Part shown: piece after piece, positions 1-15,635 of the stretch
Position numbering within the stretch: the first letter of the stretch is position 1
Layout: each line of letters opens with the position of its first letter
NCBI RefSeq assembly: GCF_006345805.1
Contig: NC_043011.1
Coordinates: 66,290,464-66,354,463, forward strand
DNA length: 64,000 nt
Reading direction: 5' to 3'
Origin: Octopus sinensis
Lineage: Eukaryota
Program-made: the position numbers and the translations under genes
The notes under the pieces: model-generated
Told to the model about the DNA's origin: nothing
The model's database searches: none
Seen by the model: only the letters and a program-made list of their open reading frames with translations

Positions 1-233
1 GTACTGGAAAGTCCCACAGAATCGTTACATTTTCTCCTTCAGTTACAGCCTCAGGGTGGTGATTATACCACTTGTCGGTAGTTTTGATATTGTAATGCCG
101 ACTTATTAGCCAGTGTAGATATTGGCGAACACTATCATGTCTTAATTTATACTCCACTAGTGCTAAGACTTTACATCCAGAGATTAGGTGGTCCACTGTT
201 TCAATCATGTCGTTGCAGAATCGGCATTTTGGG
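1..233 (-). mobile_element. R4/Dong-like RLE LINE fragment, family X (continues beyond the window start)
   Basis: Nearly identical to 1048-1280, with the same 5' truncation point (cggcattttggg|tattatt). Encodes the C-terminal Cys/His knuckle region (ETVDHLISGC...RHD). Confidence 0.85.
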
Positions 234-384
234 TATTATTATTATTATTTTTATTATTATTTTTTATTATTATTTTTATTATTATTATTATTATTATTAT
301 ATTATTATTATTATTATTTTTATTATTACCATTATCATTATTCTTCTTCTTCTTCTTCTCTTCTTCTTCTTCTTCTTCTTCTTC

Positions 385-437
<53 letters not shown>

Positions 438-507
438 TTTATTAATATTATTATTATTATTATTGTTATTCTTATTACTATTATCATTATTATTATTAAT
501 ATTATTA

Positions 508-539
<32 letters not shown>

Positions 540-540
540 T
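234..540. repeat. Compound (ATT)n/(CTT)n microsatellite
   Basis: Seen directly. The same interruption pattern recurs at 1281-1515. Confidence 0.95.
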
Positions 541-1280
541 ATTTTTGTTCTTCTTTCAAATTTGCTTCCATGTCTTGCCGAGTGTCTTCCCGACTCCTAG
601 GGCAAAGAAACTCATAGTATAAATTGGTAGGCCATTAAACCAAACTCAGTAGTTCGTTCTTTTTTTTTTTAAAAAGTTAAATTAAAACACATGAGCAGCA
701 ACAGTTCTCACATCGACAATGCTCTTCTCAATACGTGTGATGTACCAGTTAAGACAATTTGTGCACTTCGTGCAGGGATGGTAAGCCAGGGATCATTCTC
801 ATATAATTTTCGGTTCCCTTCTTGATCATTCCTAGTGCTCCTACGATCACTGGTATTGTAACCGCCTTGAGATGCCACATTTTCTCAATTTCAATGAGTA
901 GTTCTTTATATTTTCTGAGCTTGTCAAACTCTTTCGCTGAGATATTATGATCACAGGGGATGCTCATGTCGATCAATAAGCAAACTTTATTGTTTTGGTC
1001 TTTCACAACAATATCTGGTTTATTGGCCTTGATGGTTCGGTCTGTATGTACTGGAAAGTCCCACAGAATCGTTACATTTTCTCCTTCAGTTACAGCCTCA
1101 GGGTGGTGATTATACCACTTGTCGGTAGTTTTGATATTGTAATGCCGACTTATTAGCCAGTGTAGATATTGGCGAACACTATCATGTCTTAATTTATACT
1201 CCACTAGTGCTAAGACTTTACATCCAGAGATTAGGTGGTCCACTGTTTCAATCATGTCGTTGCAGAATCGGCATTTTGGG
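541..1280 (-). mobile_element. 5'-truncated R4/Dong-like LINE, family X: restriction-like endonuclease end plus 3'UTR
   Basis: ORF 749..1255 has ETVDHLISGC/RHD and KPDIVVKD..K.CLLIDMSIP (PD-(D/E)xK RLE). The 3'UTR matches 55590-55765. (ATT)n on both sides. Confidence 0.9.
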
Positions 1281-1306
1281 TATTATTATTATTATTTTTA
1301 TTATTA

Positions 1307-1363
<57 letters not shown>

Positions 1364-1402
1364 CCATTATCATTATTCTTCTTCTTCTTCTTCTTCTTCT
1401 TC

Positions 1403-1458
<56 letters not shown>

Positions 1459-1466
1459 TTTATTAA

Positions 1467-1500
<34 letters not shown>

Positions 1501-1775
1501 TTTAATATTATTATTAGTATTATCTCTGGAAGGTGTTTTCTTTTCAATGAATTCACATTATATCACTTTCCTTACTTAACATATGACATAACACTGTGTT
1601 GATCACAGTAATACACGAAGTTGAATGCTTCAAGATCTTACTCGTTAATCCCAATAATTATTTTAGCAAACATTTTAAGAGCTCTTTCAGAAATGTATGT
1701 GAAATAGAAAATAAATACTATTACGCTACTTATTTATAATTTAACAAAATATTTCCTCTTTTCTTTTAGTCAATA

Positions 1776-5560
<3,785 letters not shown>

Positions 5561-6104
5561 TATAAATCTTACATTTTAATAAACATTCAACTATAGACCT
5601 TCAAAAATATATCACTATAGCAACGGAAAAGATTATAGAAATTAATATTATAATAAGTACAGAAATGCAACAAGTAAAAATATAAAATAAGAAAGAGAAG
5701 AAACTTCTATGATTAAGTAAAAATACGTAAATAATAAAACAAATGAATGAAGAAAAACAAAAATATATAGCAAACGTAATTAATATAATTATACACAGCT
5801 CCGGATTCCGAAAGTTTTATCAAGTGTCGCTACTTAACATAGTCACATGGAAACATTTCTCATTCTGCTCCGTATCTTACAATATGAATTACAAAATGTT
5901 AAAATGATTGTATCAAATGTCTGAAAATTTGTATAAAAATCTCATAAGCATGTATAAAATATATTTACACCAACAGGTATCGTGTTTCCTCTAGATTTGA
6001 AATATTATCAACACTCTTCACAAAAAAACCCCCAAAGAAGTGGGAAATTGAATACAACTAAAGTTACCAAATTAAAAATTATTCCAAAGTACACTAAATT
6101 TATG

Positions 6105-6482
6105 ACGTGGTATTCCGTCGGTTACAGCGCCGTGGGTTCCAGTTGATCCGATGAACGGAACAACCTGCGCGTGAAATTAACGTGTAAGTGGCTGCGTACT
6201 CCAGAGCCACGTGTACCTTTAACGTAGTTCTCGGGGAGATTCAGCGTGACACAAAGTGTGACTAGGTTGACCTTTGAAATACAGGTACAAGAGAAGAAAA
6301 AAGTGAGAAACAGCTGTGGTGAAAAAGTACAGCAGGATTCGCCAACCATCCCTTGCCGCAGCTACTTGGAACTTCAGGTGTTTTCTCTCAATAAACACTT
6401 ACAACGCCCGGTCTGGGAATCGAAACCGCGATCCGACGACCGTGAGTGCGCTGCCCTAACCACAGGGCCATTGCATCTCCAC
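6105..6482. mobile_element. SINE remnants: probable SINE body fragment on + (6105-6290) and SINE family 2 head on - (6290-6482)
   Basis: The minus-strand head has tggccctgtgg / ggtttcgattccc boxes and matches 18839-19113 and 36552-36830. The + fragment is assigned from recollection only. Confidence 0.7.
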
Positions 6483-7592
6483 ACTAAATTCATAAATACA
6501 ATTACAAATCGAAAATATGGTCTTCCAATATATTGGAGTACAAAGTGATCTAATGAAATTGTTATCGACATACTTTTAATTTTCTCTTGAGCAACTTATT
6601 ATTAAGACCAATAATAATCTTTTCTACCCTAGGCACAAGGCCCGAAGATTTTGGGAGAGGGACAGTCGATTAGATCGACCCCAGTACGCAGGTGGTACTA
6701 AAATTAATCGACCGCGAAAGTATGACAGGTAAAGTCATAATCTGCAGATAGGACCAATAATAATGTTGAGGCGATTTTTCAGATGAACAATGTTTGAAAA
6801 TAAAATCAGTCTGTGTTATGAAAAACAATAAATCTTCAACATGTCCCTTATTCATATCTGTGCGTGTGTGTGCATCCTTATGCTTGCGCTTTCCCCCACC
6901 GCCACTACCACCACCATGACATGACAACTGATGAGCCTATATTTATATACCCGTAACTTAGCGACTTGGCAAGATAGAGAGAATAAGTCACAATACTTGC
7001 AAAATACTTGTACAGCGGTCGATTCATTCGATTACATTAGTTTAAGGCATTATGTATATACGTACATATGCATTTATGTGTAACTATATACTTATGTGTA
7101 TACAATTCTCACTAAATCACACTAGAGTGTAAGAGAGTCTACATTGCTAGAAAGAAGAGCGAAAAAGCTCTAAAACTGTTAAGGCACATAACTGTATACA
7201 TAGGCACTGAAATCACTCGTAAACACCGATCGATGGGTCATTTTCCTTTAATTCCGTAGCTTCATCAGTGGAAACCGCTCGATTCGGCTTATATCGAACT
7301 TGATTCACTTTGCGAACGAATATCTATAATCAATCTTTTGCATACACACTACCGATTCACTAAATCATCCATGGATTGTTTTGGTGAATACATATGTACG
7401 GGCAGAGAGATTAGTCCGGAATCACGCGAATTGAGAGAGGATTTTCGGGCGATTAGAAGCCCAGTATATACATAAGTATACAAGCATATGGTTTAACTAC
7501 AGCATTAGAGCATTTTAGATCTAATTTCGAATAATTTAGTTGTTCTCACACCCTAGTCATAGTTAGTGACAATTATAGTTTACTTTGTACAC

Positions 7593-7654
<62 letters not shown>

Positions 7655-7670
7655 TATATATATATAAAAT

Positions 7671-7920
7671 GATAAATCTCAGAGCGAGTTATATACAGTG
7701 GCGGTAACACATCGTGACGCGTATTTGCCATTTGAATATGGCTAACCCCTAAGGGTGGATGCTACTGTAGTTTGTAGCCCCAGGATGATATCTCCTCCAG
7801 CTGGCTATAGACATACTATCTCTGTCCTCTCAGTATTTGTGAAGGGGAGTCATATTTAAATGGCAAATATGCGTCACGATGTGCTACCGCTACTGTTTAT
7901 AACTCGCTCTGAGATTTATC
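7671..7920. mobile_element. 250-bp MITE-like element with about 70-bp terminal inverted repeats
   Basis: 7671-7740 is the near-perfect reverse complement of 7851-7920. The internal part recurs inverted at 8091-8229. Confidence 0.85.
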
Positions 7921-8020
7921 ATTGTTTGATTTCACTTTTCCAATATCAGTGTCAACCGACACTGGAAAAAGTATATGTATTTGTGAAGGGAGCTGACTTC
8001 TCGTCGACAACCATGATTAT

Positions 8021-8065
8021 CACACGCTGATGAAAGGTAAACACCTTGAAACACGGGTCCGTGTG
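8021..8065 (+). ncRNA. Minimal type-I hammerhead ribozyme
   Basis: cacacg-CTGATGA-aagg(taaaca)cctt-GAAA-c(acgg)g-TC|cgtgtg: 6-bp stem I, intact core, 4-bp stem II, minimal stem III, GUC cleavage triplet at 8057-8059. Confidence 0.85.
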
Positions 8066-8225
8066 TATCATGAGTTGAAGACGGGGAGGATGACACTCCT
8101 TCACAAACATTGAGAGGACACAGATAGTGTGTCTATAGCCAGATGGAGGAGATATCTTCCTGGGACTACAAACTACAGTAGCATCCACCCTTAGGGGTTA
8201 GCCATATTCGAAAGGCAAATATGCG

Positions 8226-8311
<86 letters not shown>

Positions 8312-8312
<1 letters not shown>

Positions 8313-10149
8313 TGGTTGGCATCCTTTCTGTCTAGGGAGACAATGGAGTTGCGCATAAAGTAGTCTAGTCCGGCTTTTATATTTCATGTGCTGATACATT
8401 TCCTGCTGCGGCTGTGTAGTCCTATCCTGGACAAACTCTCCCTCTGGCAGGTACCGCAAATGTAGCGAAGACAGTTCCTGGCTGGTGGTAATGCCATAGT
8501 CTCTTGTTGACGTCTCTTCTTTTCTTTACATTTCTCCTCTCTCTCTCTATGTCATTCCTTTGTATTCCCTCTTTTACGGTACGACGCCATTTTCCACGGT
8601 TGCCGGCAACTGCCTCCCAACCGCTAATATTGATGTTGCAGGCCTTCATGTCCCTTTTGCAAACATCCTTGTAACGTAAGATCGGTCTACCCACAGACCT
8701 AGTACCCCTAGCAAGCTCTCCGTAGAGTATGTCCTTGGGGATTCTGCCATCTTTCATACGGCTAACATGCCCAAGCCATCTCATACGTCTTTGTGTGAGG
8801 AGTGCAAACATGCTTGGTATTCCTGCTTGCCTGAGGACATCTTTGTTGGGGATATGATTCTGCCATTTGATGCGGAGGATTTTTCGGAGGCAGCGCAGGT
8901 GAAAGATGTTTAGACGACGCTCTTGGCGTGTGTATAGCGTCCAGGTCTCACTTCCATGCAGTAGAGTGCTGAGTACACATGCCTGGTAGGTCTTCATTTT
9001 CGTGGTCTTGGTCAGCTTATTGTTGTCCCAAGCCCGTTTGGAGAGTTGGGCCATCGCAGCAGCTGCCTTGCTAATGTGTATATTGAGCTCAGCGTCAAGG
9101 GATAGGTTGTAGGTGACGGTAGAGCCCAGATAGGTAAACTTCTCCACCTCTTGTAATCTGTGGTCTCCAATATGTATGTTTGGGATGTCCGATGTAGCCT
9201 GGCTCATGATGTTGGTATTCTTAAGGCTGATAGCTAAGCCAAAGTCGTTACATGCTTGCTCAAAACAGTTAATGAGCCTTTGGAGGGCTTTTTCTGTGTG
9301 TGTTACCAGAGCGGCATCATCAGCAAATAACATCTCCTTGATCAGGATGTTTCTGATTTTGGTCTTGGCACGCAGGTGCGAGAGATTGAACAGTTTACCG
9401 TCGCTTCTACTGTGCAGAAACACTCCATCATCTGATGTCTGAAAGGCATGTGAAAGTAAGAGCGAGAAGAAGATCCCAAGCAATGTAGGAGCGAGGACAC
9501 AACCTTGCTTTACCCCGTTTTTTATTTGGAAGGTTGCTGATGTTGAACCGTCGTGCTGTATGGTGCCTTGCATGTCATCATGGAAAGACTTGATGATCCT
9601 CAGCAGCTTTGGTGGACATCCTATTCTTTGGAGCAGGATGAAGAGGTCTGTTCTGCTTACCGAGTCAAAAGCCTCTGTTAGATCAATGAAGGCCATATAC
9701 AATGGCATTTTCTGCTCTCTGCACTTCTCCTGAAGTTGGTGTATGGAGAATATCATATCGATAGTTGATCTGTTCCTTCAAAGCCACACTGCGATTCAGG
9801 AGAGATTCGAGAAGCAAGTAGTTGTAGCCTGGCCAGGGTAACGCGGGCAAGATCTTGACACTCTCGAGTGCCTGCCTCAGCCACTGTAGTCTCCCGTGAG
9901 TAGAGATCCTGGTAGTGCTCCACCCATCTATCCATTTGCTTGCCTTGATCCCTGATGAGATCTCCAGTAGTTTATTTTAAGAGGGGCTGACTTTGTTGCG
10001 GATGGACCGAGGGCCTTCTTCAATTCGGCATACATCCCACGGGTGTCGCCCCTGTCAGCAGCTGACTGGATACTCTGACAGATTTCCTGCCAATACCGAT
10101 TTGCACAGCGTCTGGCTGTCAGTTGGGTTTTATTTCGTGCCTTTCTGAG
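8312..10149 (-). mobile_element. RTE-clade LINE R1 (5'-truncated, with an internal deletion)
   Basis: RT motifs QGCVLAP, FADD, FTYLGS and RLRWLGHV-like in ORF 8422..9756. Homologous to 51790-55500. Confidence 0.92.
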
Positions 10150-10330
10150 TATGTATATATATATATATATATATATAAGTATGTATATATATATAAAGGC
10201 TTTACTCTTTTATTTATTTCAGTCATTTTACTGTGGCCATGCTGGAGCACCGCCTTCCGTCGAGCAAATCGATCACAGGCCTTTTTCCTTGCGATCCTAG
10301 TACTTATTCTATCAGTCTCTTTTGCCGAAC

Positions 10331-12565
10331 CACGGTCAAGAAGTGGGACCAGATGTGTGAGACACTTCACAAGCACTTCGCCGAGTTGTTCGGGAGGTGC
10401 GGGAGGCTGGATCATGGTGAGGCCCTTAGGGACTTCCTGTCTGGTGGTCCGCGTTTCTCAGCACGAGAGGCTGAGTGCTGTGAAGGGCCAATCACAGCCG
10501 AGGAGGTAATCGAGGTGTTGGGCAAGTGCCCCGAGGAGAAGTCGCCGGATCTGGATGTTCTGCCCTATGAAATTTATAAAAGTATGCCAGACTTGTTCGG
10601 GCACCTGCTGGCTAGGGTTTACGCCAACCTGCAGCAGAATGGGAGAATTCCCAAGTCTGCGAGCCGGGGGGTTGTGACTTTGAACAGGAAGGACCCGAGC
10701 ATGGGGGACGAGATAGGAAACTTCAGGCCCATAACTCTGCTGAACACAGAGTTAAAGATTCTAGCAAAAAGGTTGGCACGGGCCGTGGACAAACTTGTCG
10801 GGGAAGCGCAAACGTGCGCTATCCCTGGCAGAACGATCCACGATAATCTCCACCTTATACGCTACTCCTTAGAGAGGGTGGGGAGCTTTCTGGCGCAGGG
10901 GGAGCACTGGTACATTTAGACCAGTGTAAAGCATTTGATAGGGTCGACCATCGGTACTTGGCGGCGGTCCTCGGAGAAGCTGGCCTAGGACCAAACTTTC
11001 GAGGTTGGATCGCTGCTTTGTATAGCGACATCGAGTCTGTAGTCAAGGTGAACGGTTTATTTTCGAAGCCGTTCAGGATCGAACGTTCAGTTTGTCAGGG
11101 GTGTCCCCTGTCTTCGCTCCTATACGTATTGGCTCTTGATCCTTTGCTGCGGATGTTGGAGGCACTAGGGGGCGCGCCGCATGATCTATGGTGTGGAAGA
11201 GGAGCTACGCCGTATGCGGATGACACCTCCATCATCGTGGCAGACGAAGGCCAGCTTCCAGTGGTGGAAGAGACCATCAAAAGCTACGAGTCGGTGGCAG
11301 GAGCAAAGGTTAACAAGGACAAGTCGGTCGGTTTGCAACTCGGCACCTGGAGGGGCAAGCAGATGTCGTCCAATAACGTTGTGGGGCGTTGGACGGAAGG
11401 TCCTGTTAAGCTAGTCGTCGTCTGGATTGGTCCAGACCTCTAGATAGAGAAAAATTGGAGTGAGGTTGCCAGCAAGTTGACCGCTCTAACCCAAACCTGG
11501 TCTGGGTTGACGTTATCCCTGCTAGGGAAGGCGGAGGTGGTGCAGATGTTTATAGCATCAGTAATCACCTACCGTCTGACCGTGGTGCCTTGCCCCGATT
11601 TGTGGTTGAACAAGTTGGGGAGAATCCTTTTCCGCTTTTTGTGGAAAGGAGGAAAGCCACTTGAAAAGCGCTCTGTCTGCTGCCAGAAACAGCTAAATGC
11701 TGGGCTACGGATGCCTTGGCTGAGGATGCGAAAACTCGCGTTAAGGTTGAGGCACTTCTGGCTTTACCTGGATGGAGAGCCGGTGTGGTCACTGCAAGTC
11801 CGGTTCTACCTTCTCCAGTTAACATCCCTAACGGACATCGGTGCATGGATCAAGCGGAAACGTAAACTCGGCGAATGGCATTTGGAGTGCCGTCAGGCGC
11901 TCCAGCTACTCTCTCGGGCGGGCAACGCCGGCAACAGGAGTTCCACTACGGATTTCTATAGTGGGTTCGTGGAACTTATGTCAGAAGACGCCTTTGGAGA
12001 AACCGTAGGCTACGATGAAAATCAGTTGGTCAACCTTTTCCGGAGGACGTTCGGGCCGGGGTATCTGGATAATTACTAGAAATCCATGGCCTGGCAGTGT
12101 TTCCGTGCGGCTTTACCTGTTCGCGACAAGCTGTCAAGGCACGGAAGTGCCGTCTCGCCGACATGCCCGCTTTATGAGCAGGATAGGGAAACCGTCTTGC
12201 ACGCATTCGTGGAGTGTCCGGAGTTATCGGGACTGATAGCTTTTGCCGAACAACTGTTGTCAGTGATGAGAAGAGTACAGCTATCAGCTGAGTCTATCAT
12301 CGAGATTGTGCCGCCTCCTTTCCTTAACAGAGAGAGAAAGGCTTGTTTTTTTCTGTGTAGTAGCCATACTGAAAGAAACAGTATGGAAGACGCGTACGAA
12401 AGGTATAGTGACAGGCACCTTTGTCTCCGGCCAGGGGTTGATTAACTTTTTTAGCTACCACCTCAGTAGCAAACTCTGGCTGGAGAAGAGGTGTCTGTCA
12501 CGAGATATGTTTGTGAAAAGATGGAAGCCTGTGGCATGCAAGCTAGGTATGTGTAGCACCAGGTA
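10331..12565 (+). mobile_element. Tx1/L1-clade LINE ORF2 (RT plus C-terminal Cys/His knuckle), frameshifted
   Basis: KSPDLD.LPYE.YK, NFRPITLLNTELKILAK, QTCAIPGRTIHDNL, QGCPLS, YADD and CP....ETVLHAFVEC in successive ORFs. Confidence 0.9.
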
Positions 12566-12625
12566 AGTTTGACCGGATCAAAAAGTAGAGGTCCTACCCG
12601 GATGGCTGGGTGTCTGTCCCACATG

Positions 12626-12990
12626 TTACCTGGAAAATTTGAATTTTGTCCGTCTTTTATATAACAGGGCGGCCACTACCTCTACAGGATCTACTTCCGG
12701 TGGTGCTTCTGCAATCCTGACCCGGGACGTCCTGCGTCCCCTATAGGTTGGCAGAAGTACCACCACCTTGGTTTTTAGGGGATTCACAGAATGCCTGCGG
12801 GCTACCTCTTCCCCCGAGAAGCGGACCTCCACAGTGATATATGCCCGTCCCCTGGTGACAGTCACAATGACCTTCCAAATCGGGGACAGGCATTTCTCGA
12901 TAGTATTCTTTTCAAAATGTTTGAACATTCTGCTTTGTGGACAGAAGGTTTTTAAACACTACGGTCCGCTTCTCGGTCTCCACGATACTG
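12626..12990 (-). mobile_element. Possible Tx1-type ORF1 fragment, inverted against the adjacent ORF2
   Basis: ORF 12626..12928 (VVVLLPTYRGRRTSRVRIAEAPPEV..VEVVAALL) resembles RRM-like ORF1 of Tx1 elements. Resemblance judged by eye only. Confidence 0.4.
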
Positions 12991-13640
12991 GCGGAGGGTG
13001 ATATTTTTACATCACCACCCTCTTCTTTCATTCTCTTAAATAGCTCGACGAGCTATTGATGTCAATGTTCTCGGTTGCCACTGCGGCTACCGCCCAAACC
13101 TTTTTACTACAGTTATCAACATTGCTCTCCTCTAGAGCACTATTTTCGTGAATAATCTCAACAGACACTATTCTGTTGAAATTAGTATTAGACATCACAA
13201 AAAATACAAATATTGGTTTCACACAAAACTGGGAAACCTATAAAAAGTTTTTCTTGCAAGCAGTTCAATGAGTGGTAAAAAGCAGTTCAAAAATTTCAAT
13301 TCCCACTCCCATTCGTGGGAGGGACACGAAAATAGTCTGGCAAGACTATATACAGTCACGAAGATAAAAAGCCACAATGGCTAACAGTCCAACAGTAACA
13401 AATTATCCAATTATTCCCCGGTAAAACCGGAGAACAAGACAGTTCAACAACGTTCAAAAACAAATTTTCAGTAGTAAAATGCAACAAGTTCCAGATAGTA
13501 CGAAGTAATATTAACAACACAGCAAAACTCTTACCGGGAAGAAAACGCGTCCAAACCGTAGTAAGGTAAGCCAAGTCACTCTTCAGTCAGTAAGGTTAGC
13601 AAGCTACTTACCACACAGCCACTCCAACGCCTATTTTAGA

Positions 13641-13758
13641 AAGACTTTTACAGTACCTAGGTTTCCCAAGCGGTCAGCCATCTAAGTAGCAACTAGGCTC
13701 GACTTAACTTCGAAGATCGCACGAGAAGCGATGTTTTCAAAGTGATATGGCCATAAAC
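13641..13758 (-). pseudogene. Degenerate full-length 5S rRNA copy
   Basis: Minus strand reads GTTTATGGCCATATCAC...CTCGTGCGATCTTCGAAGTTAAG...TACTTAGATGGCTGACCGCTTGGGAAAC..GGTACTGTA, colinear with eukaryotic 5S but with an internal deletion and many substitutions. Confidence 0.8.
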
Positions 13759-13791
13759 ATATATCTATATCTATATCTATCTATCTATATC

Positions 13792-13855
<64 letters not shown>

Positions 13856-13882
13856 AGGCCAAAGAGTGTACGGGCCTCGCTC

Positions 13883-14256
13883 TATATATTATTTGTAGAA
13901 AAATACAAACTGGGACAAGAACGTAAAACATTTAGAAGACGATACAAAAACACGGACGGGACATTCGAAGCCTTCAATCTTCAGTCAAGAACCGGATCAT
14001 CCTCGCAATTTCGGCTGATTAATCTTGAGATCGCTCCGATCCATTTTCCAAGAAATCTGATGCTCGTAGCTTAGTTTTTCCATGGGGCTGGCCGGATCGG
14101 AGCGATCTAAAGATTAATCAGCCGAAATTACTAGGATGATCCGTTTCTTGACTGAAGATTGAAGGCTTCGAATGTCCCGTTCGTGTTTTTTGTATCGTCT
14201 TCTAAATGTTTTACGTTCTTGTCCCAATTTGTATTTTTCTACATTTAATATATATA
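13883..14256. mobile_element. Foldback/MITE: about 160-bp inverted arms with a 51-bp spacer
   Basis: 13883-14042 is the near-perfect reverse complement of 14094-14256. TA-rich ends. Confidence 0.9.
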
Positions 14257-14258
14257 TA

Positions 14259-15551
14259 CGAGGGGCGTTCAATAAGTAATGCCCCTGACCCACTTCCCAT
14301 AGCAGTAGAGCAACGAAACTTGGCACAGTTATTAGTCTTTTTCTACATAGGAATCACTCAGAGTTACACATTTCTCCCATCGTTTGAGGCAACTCTGGAG
14401 ACCGTTTTTGTAGAAGACCCCAGCTTGGTCCTGAAACCACGACGTGACTTCAGAAATCAAAGCTGCATCATCTGGGAAACGCTTTCCTTTCAAAAACAAC
14501 TTCATGGGTAGGAAGAGGTGAAAATCAGAGGTTGCAAGGTAAGGAGAGTAGGGGGATGGGGGAGGAGTTCATAGCCGCACGCCTGTGCTTCTGATCTGGC
14601 GATACGCGAGTTGTAGACCGGAGCATTGTCCTGCAGGAGGAGGACGCCTTTGCTGATCTTGCCCCGCCTCTTGATTTTGATAGCTTCTCTTAATTTCCTC
14701 AAAAGTGAAGCATTATAGGCTCCTGTAATTGTGGTACCCTTTGCCAGGAAATCTGTCATCACTACTCCGTCCTGGTCCCAGAAGACTGTGAGTATAACCT
14801 TGCCAGCGGAGGGCTGCACCCTTGCCTTCTTTGGAGGAGGTGAGTCACGGAGCTTCCACTGCATTGACTGGGCTTTGGTCTATGGATTATAGTGACGGAC
14901 CCAGGTTTCATCCTGTGTAATCAGTCTTTTGAAAAGTTTTGACTCATCTTCTTGGCACATCTCCAAATTCATCCTCGAGCACTCAACGCGTTCTTGCTTC
15001 TGGAAAGGTGTGAGCAACCTGGGAATCCATCTGGCAGACACCTTTTGCATATGCAAATGGTCATGAATGATAGTTTCCACAGACCCGGTACTAAACCTGA
15101 CCTCATGGGCTATTTGGCGAATAGTTATGTGTCGATCTTCCAAATTGGCAGCCTCAACTTGACGGACAGATGGCTCATCAATGGCAGAAGGGGGGCGACC
15201 AGATCTGGGAGCTGTTTCCACAGAGTTCCGACCATGTTTGAATTCACGATGCCAGCGTTGTACAAGATCATATGATGGGGCATCAGCACCATAAGTTACT
15301 TTCATTTCATCAAAAGTCTCCCGTGGTGTGCGACCTTTCAAATACAAAAAACCGGATCACTGCTCGACAATCAACAGGCTCCATTTCACACTTGGCTCAG
15401 TTCAAACACCTGTAAATCAGAAACCACAATTAGTTCAGAGCTGTAGTTTTCCACTTCATCTATAGAGGTATGAATAATTACACATGTAAATTTTCAGCTA
15501 GATCAAACAACTGCAAGTGGGTCAGAGGCATTACTTATTGAACGCCCCTCG
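14259..15551 (-). mobile_element. Full-length mariner (irritans/Himar-like), 1293 bp, transposase disrupted
   Basis: About 37-bp TIRs (CGAGGGGCGTTCAATAAGTAATGCC...) with TA target duplication. Motifs RSGRP, WIPRLLT, DETW, QDNAP and LPHPP. ATG at 15384, frameshifted between ORFs 14880..15347 and 14502..14864. Confidence 0.95.
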
Positions 15552-15598
15552 TATATATTTGTCTATGTATGTTTATGTATATACCTAAAATTACGTAT

Positions 15599-15635
<37 letters not shown>

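Noticed and set aside
160-1602. Poly-I/L/Y/F ORFs in the track (also at 18196, 35908, 46516, 47513, 55518, 62622 and others)
   Set aside because: They are translations of (ATT)n, (TA)n, (CA)n, (ATCT)n and (AAG)n microsatellites.
7100-7575. Weak inverted similarity between about 7109-7185 and 7490-7570
   Set aside because: Too short and degenerate in AT-rich DNA to call an element.
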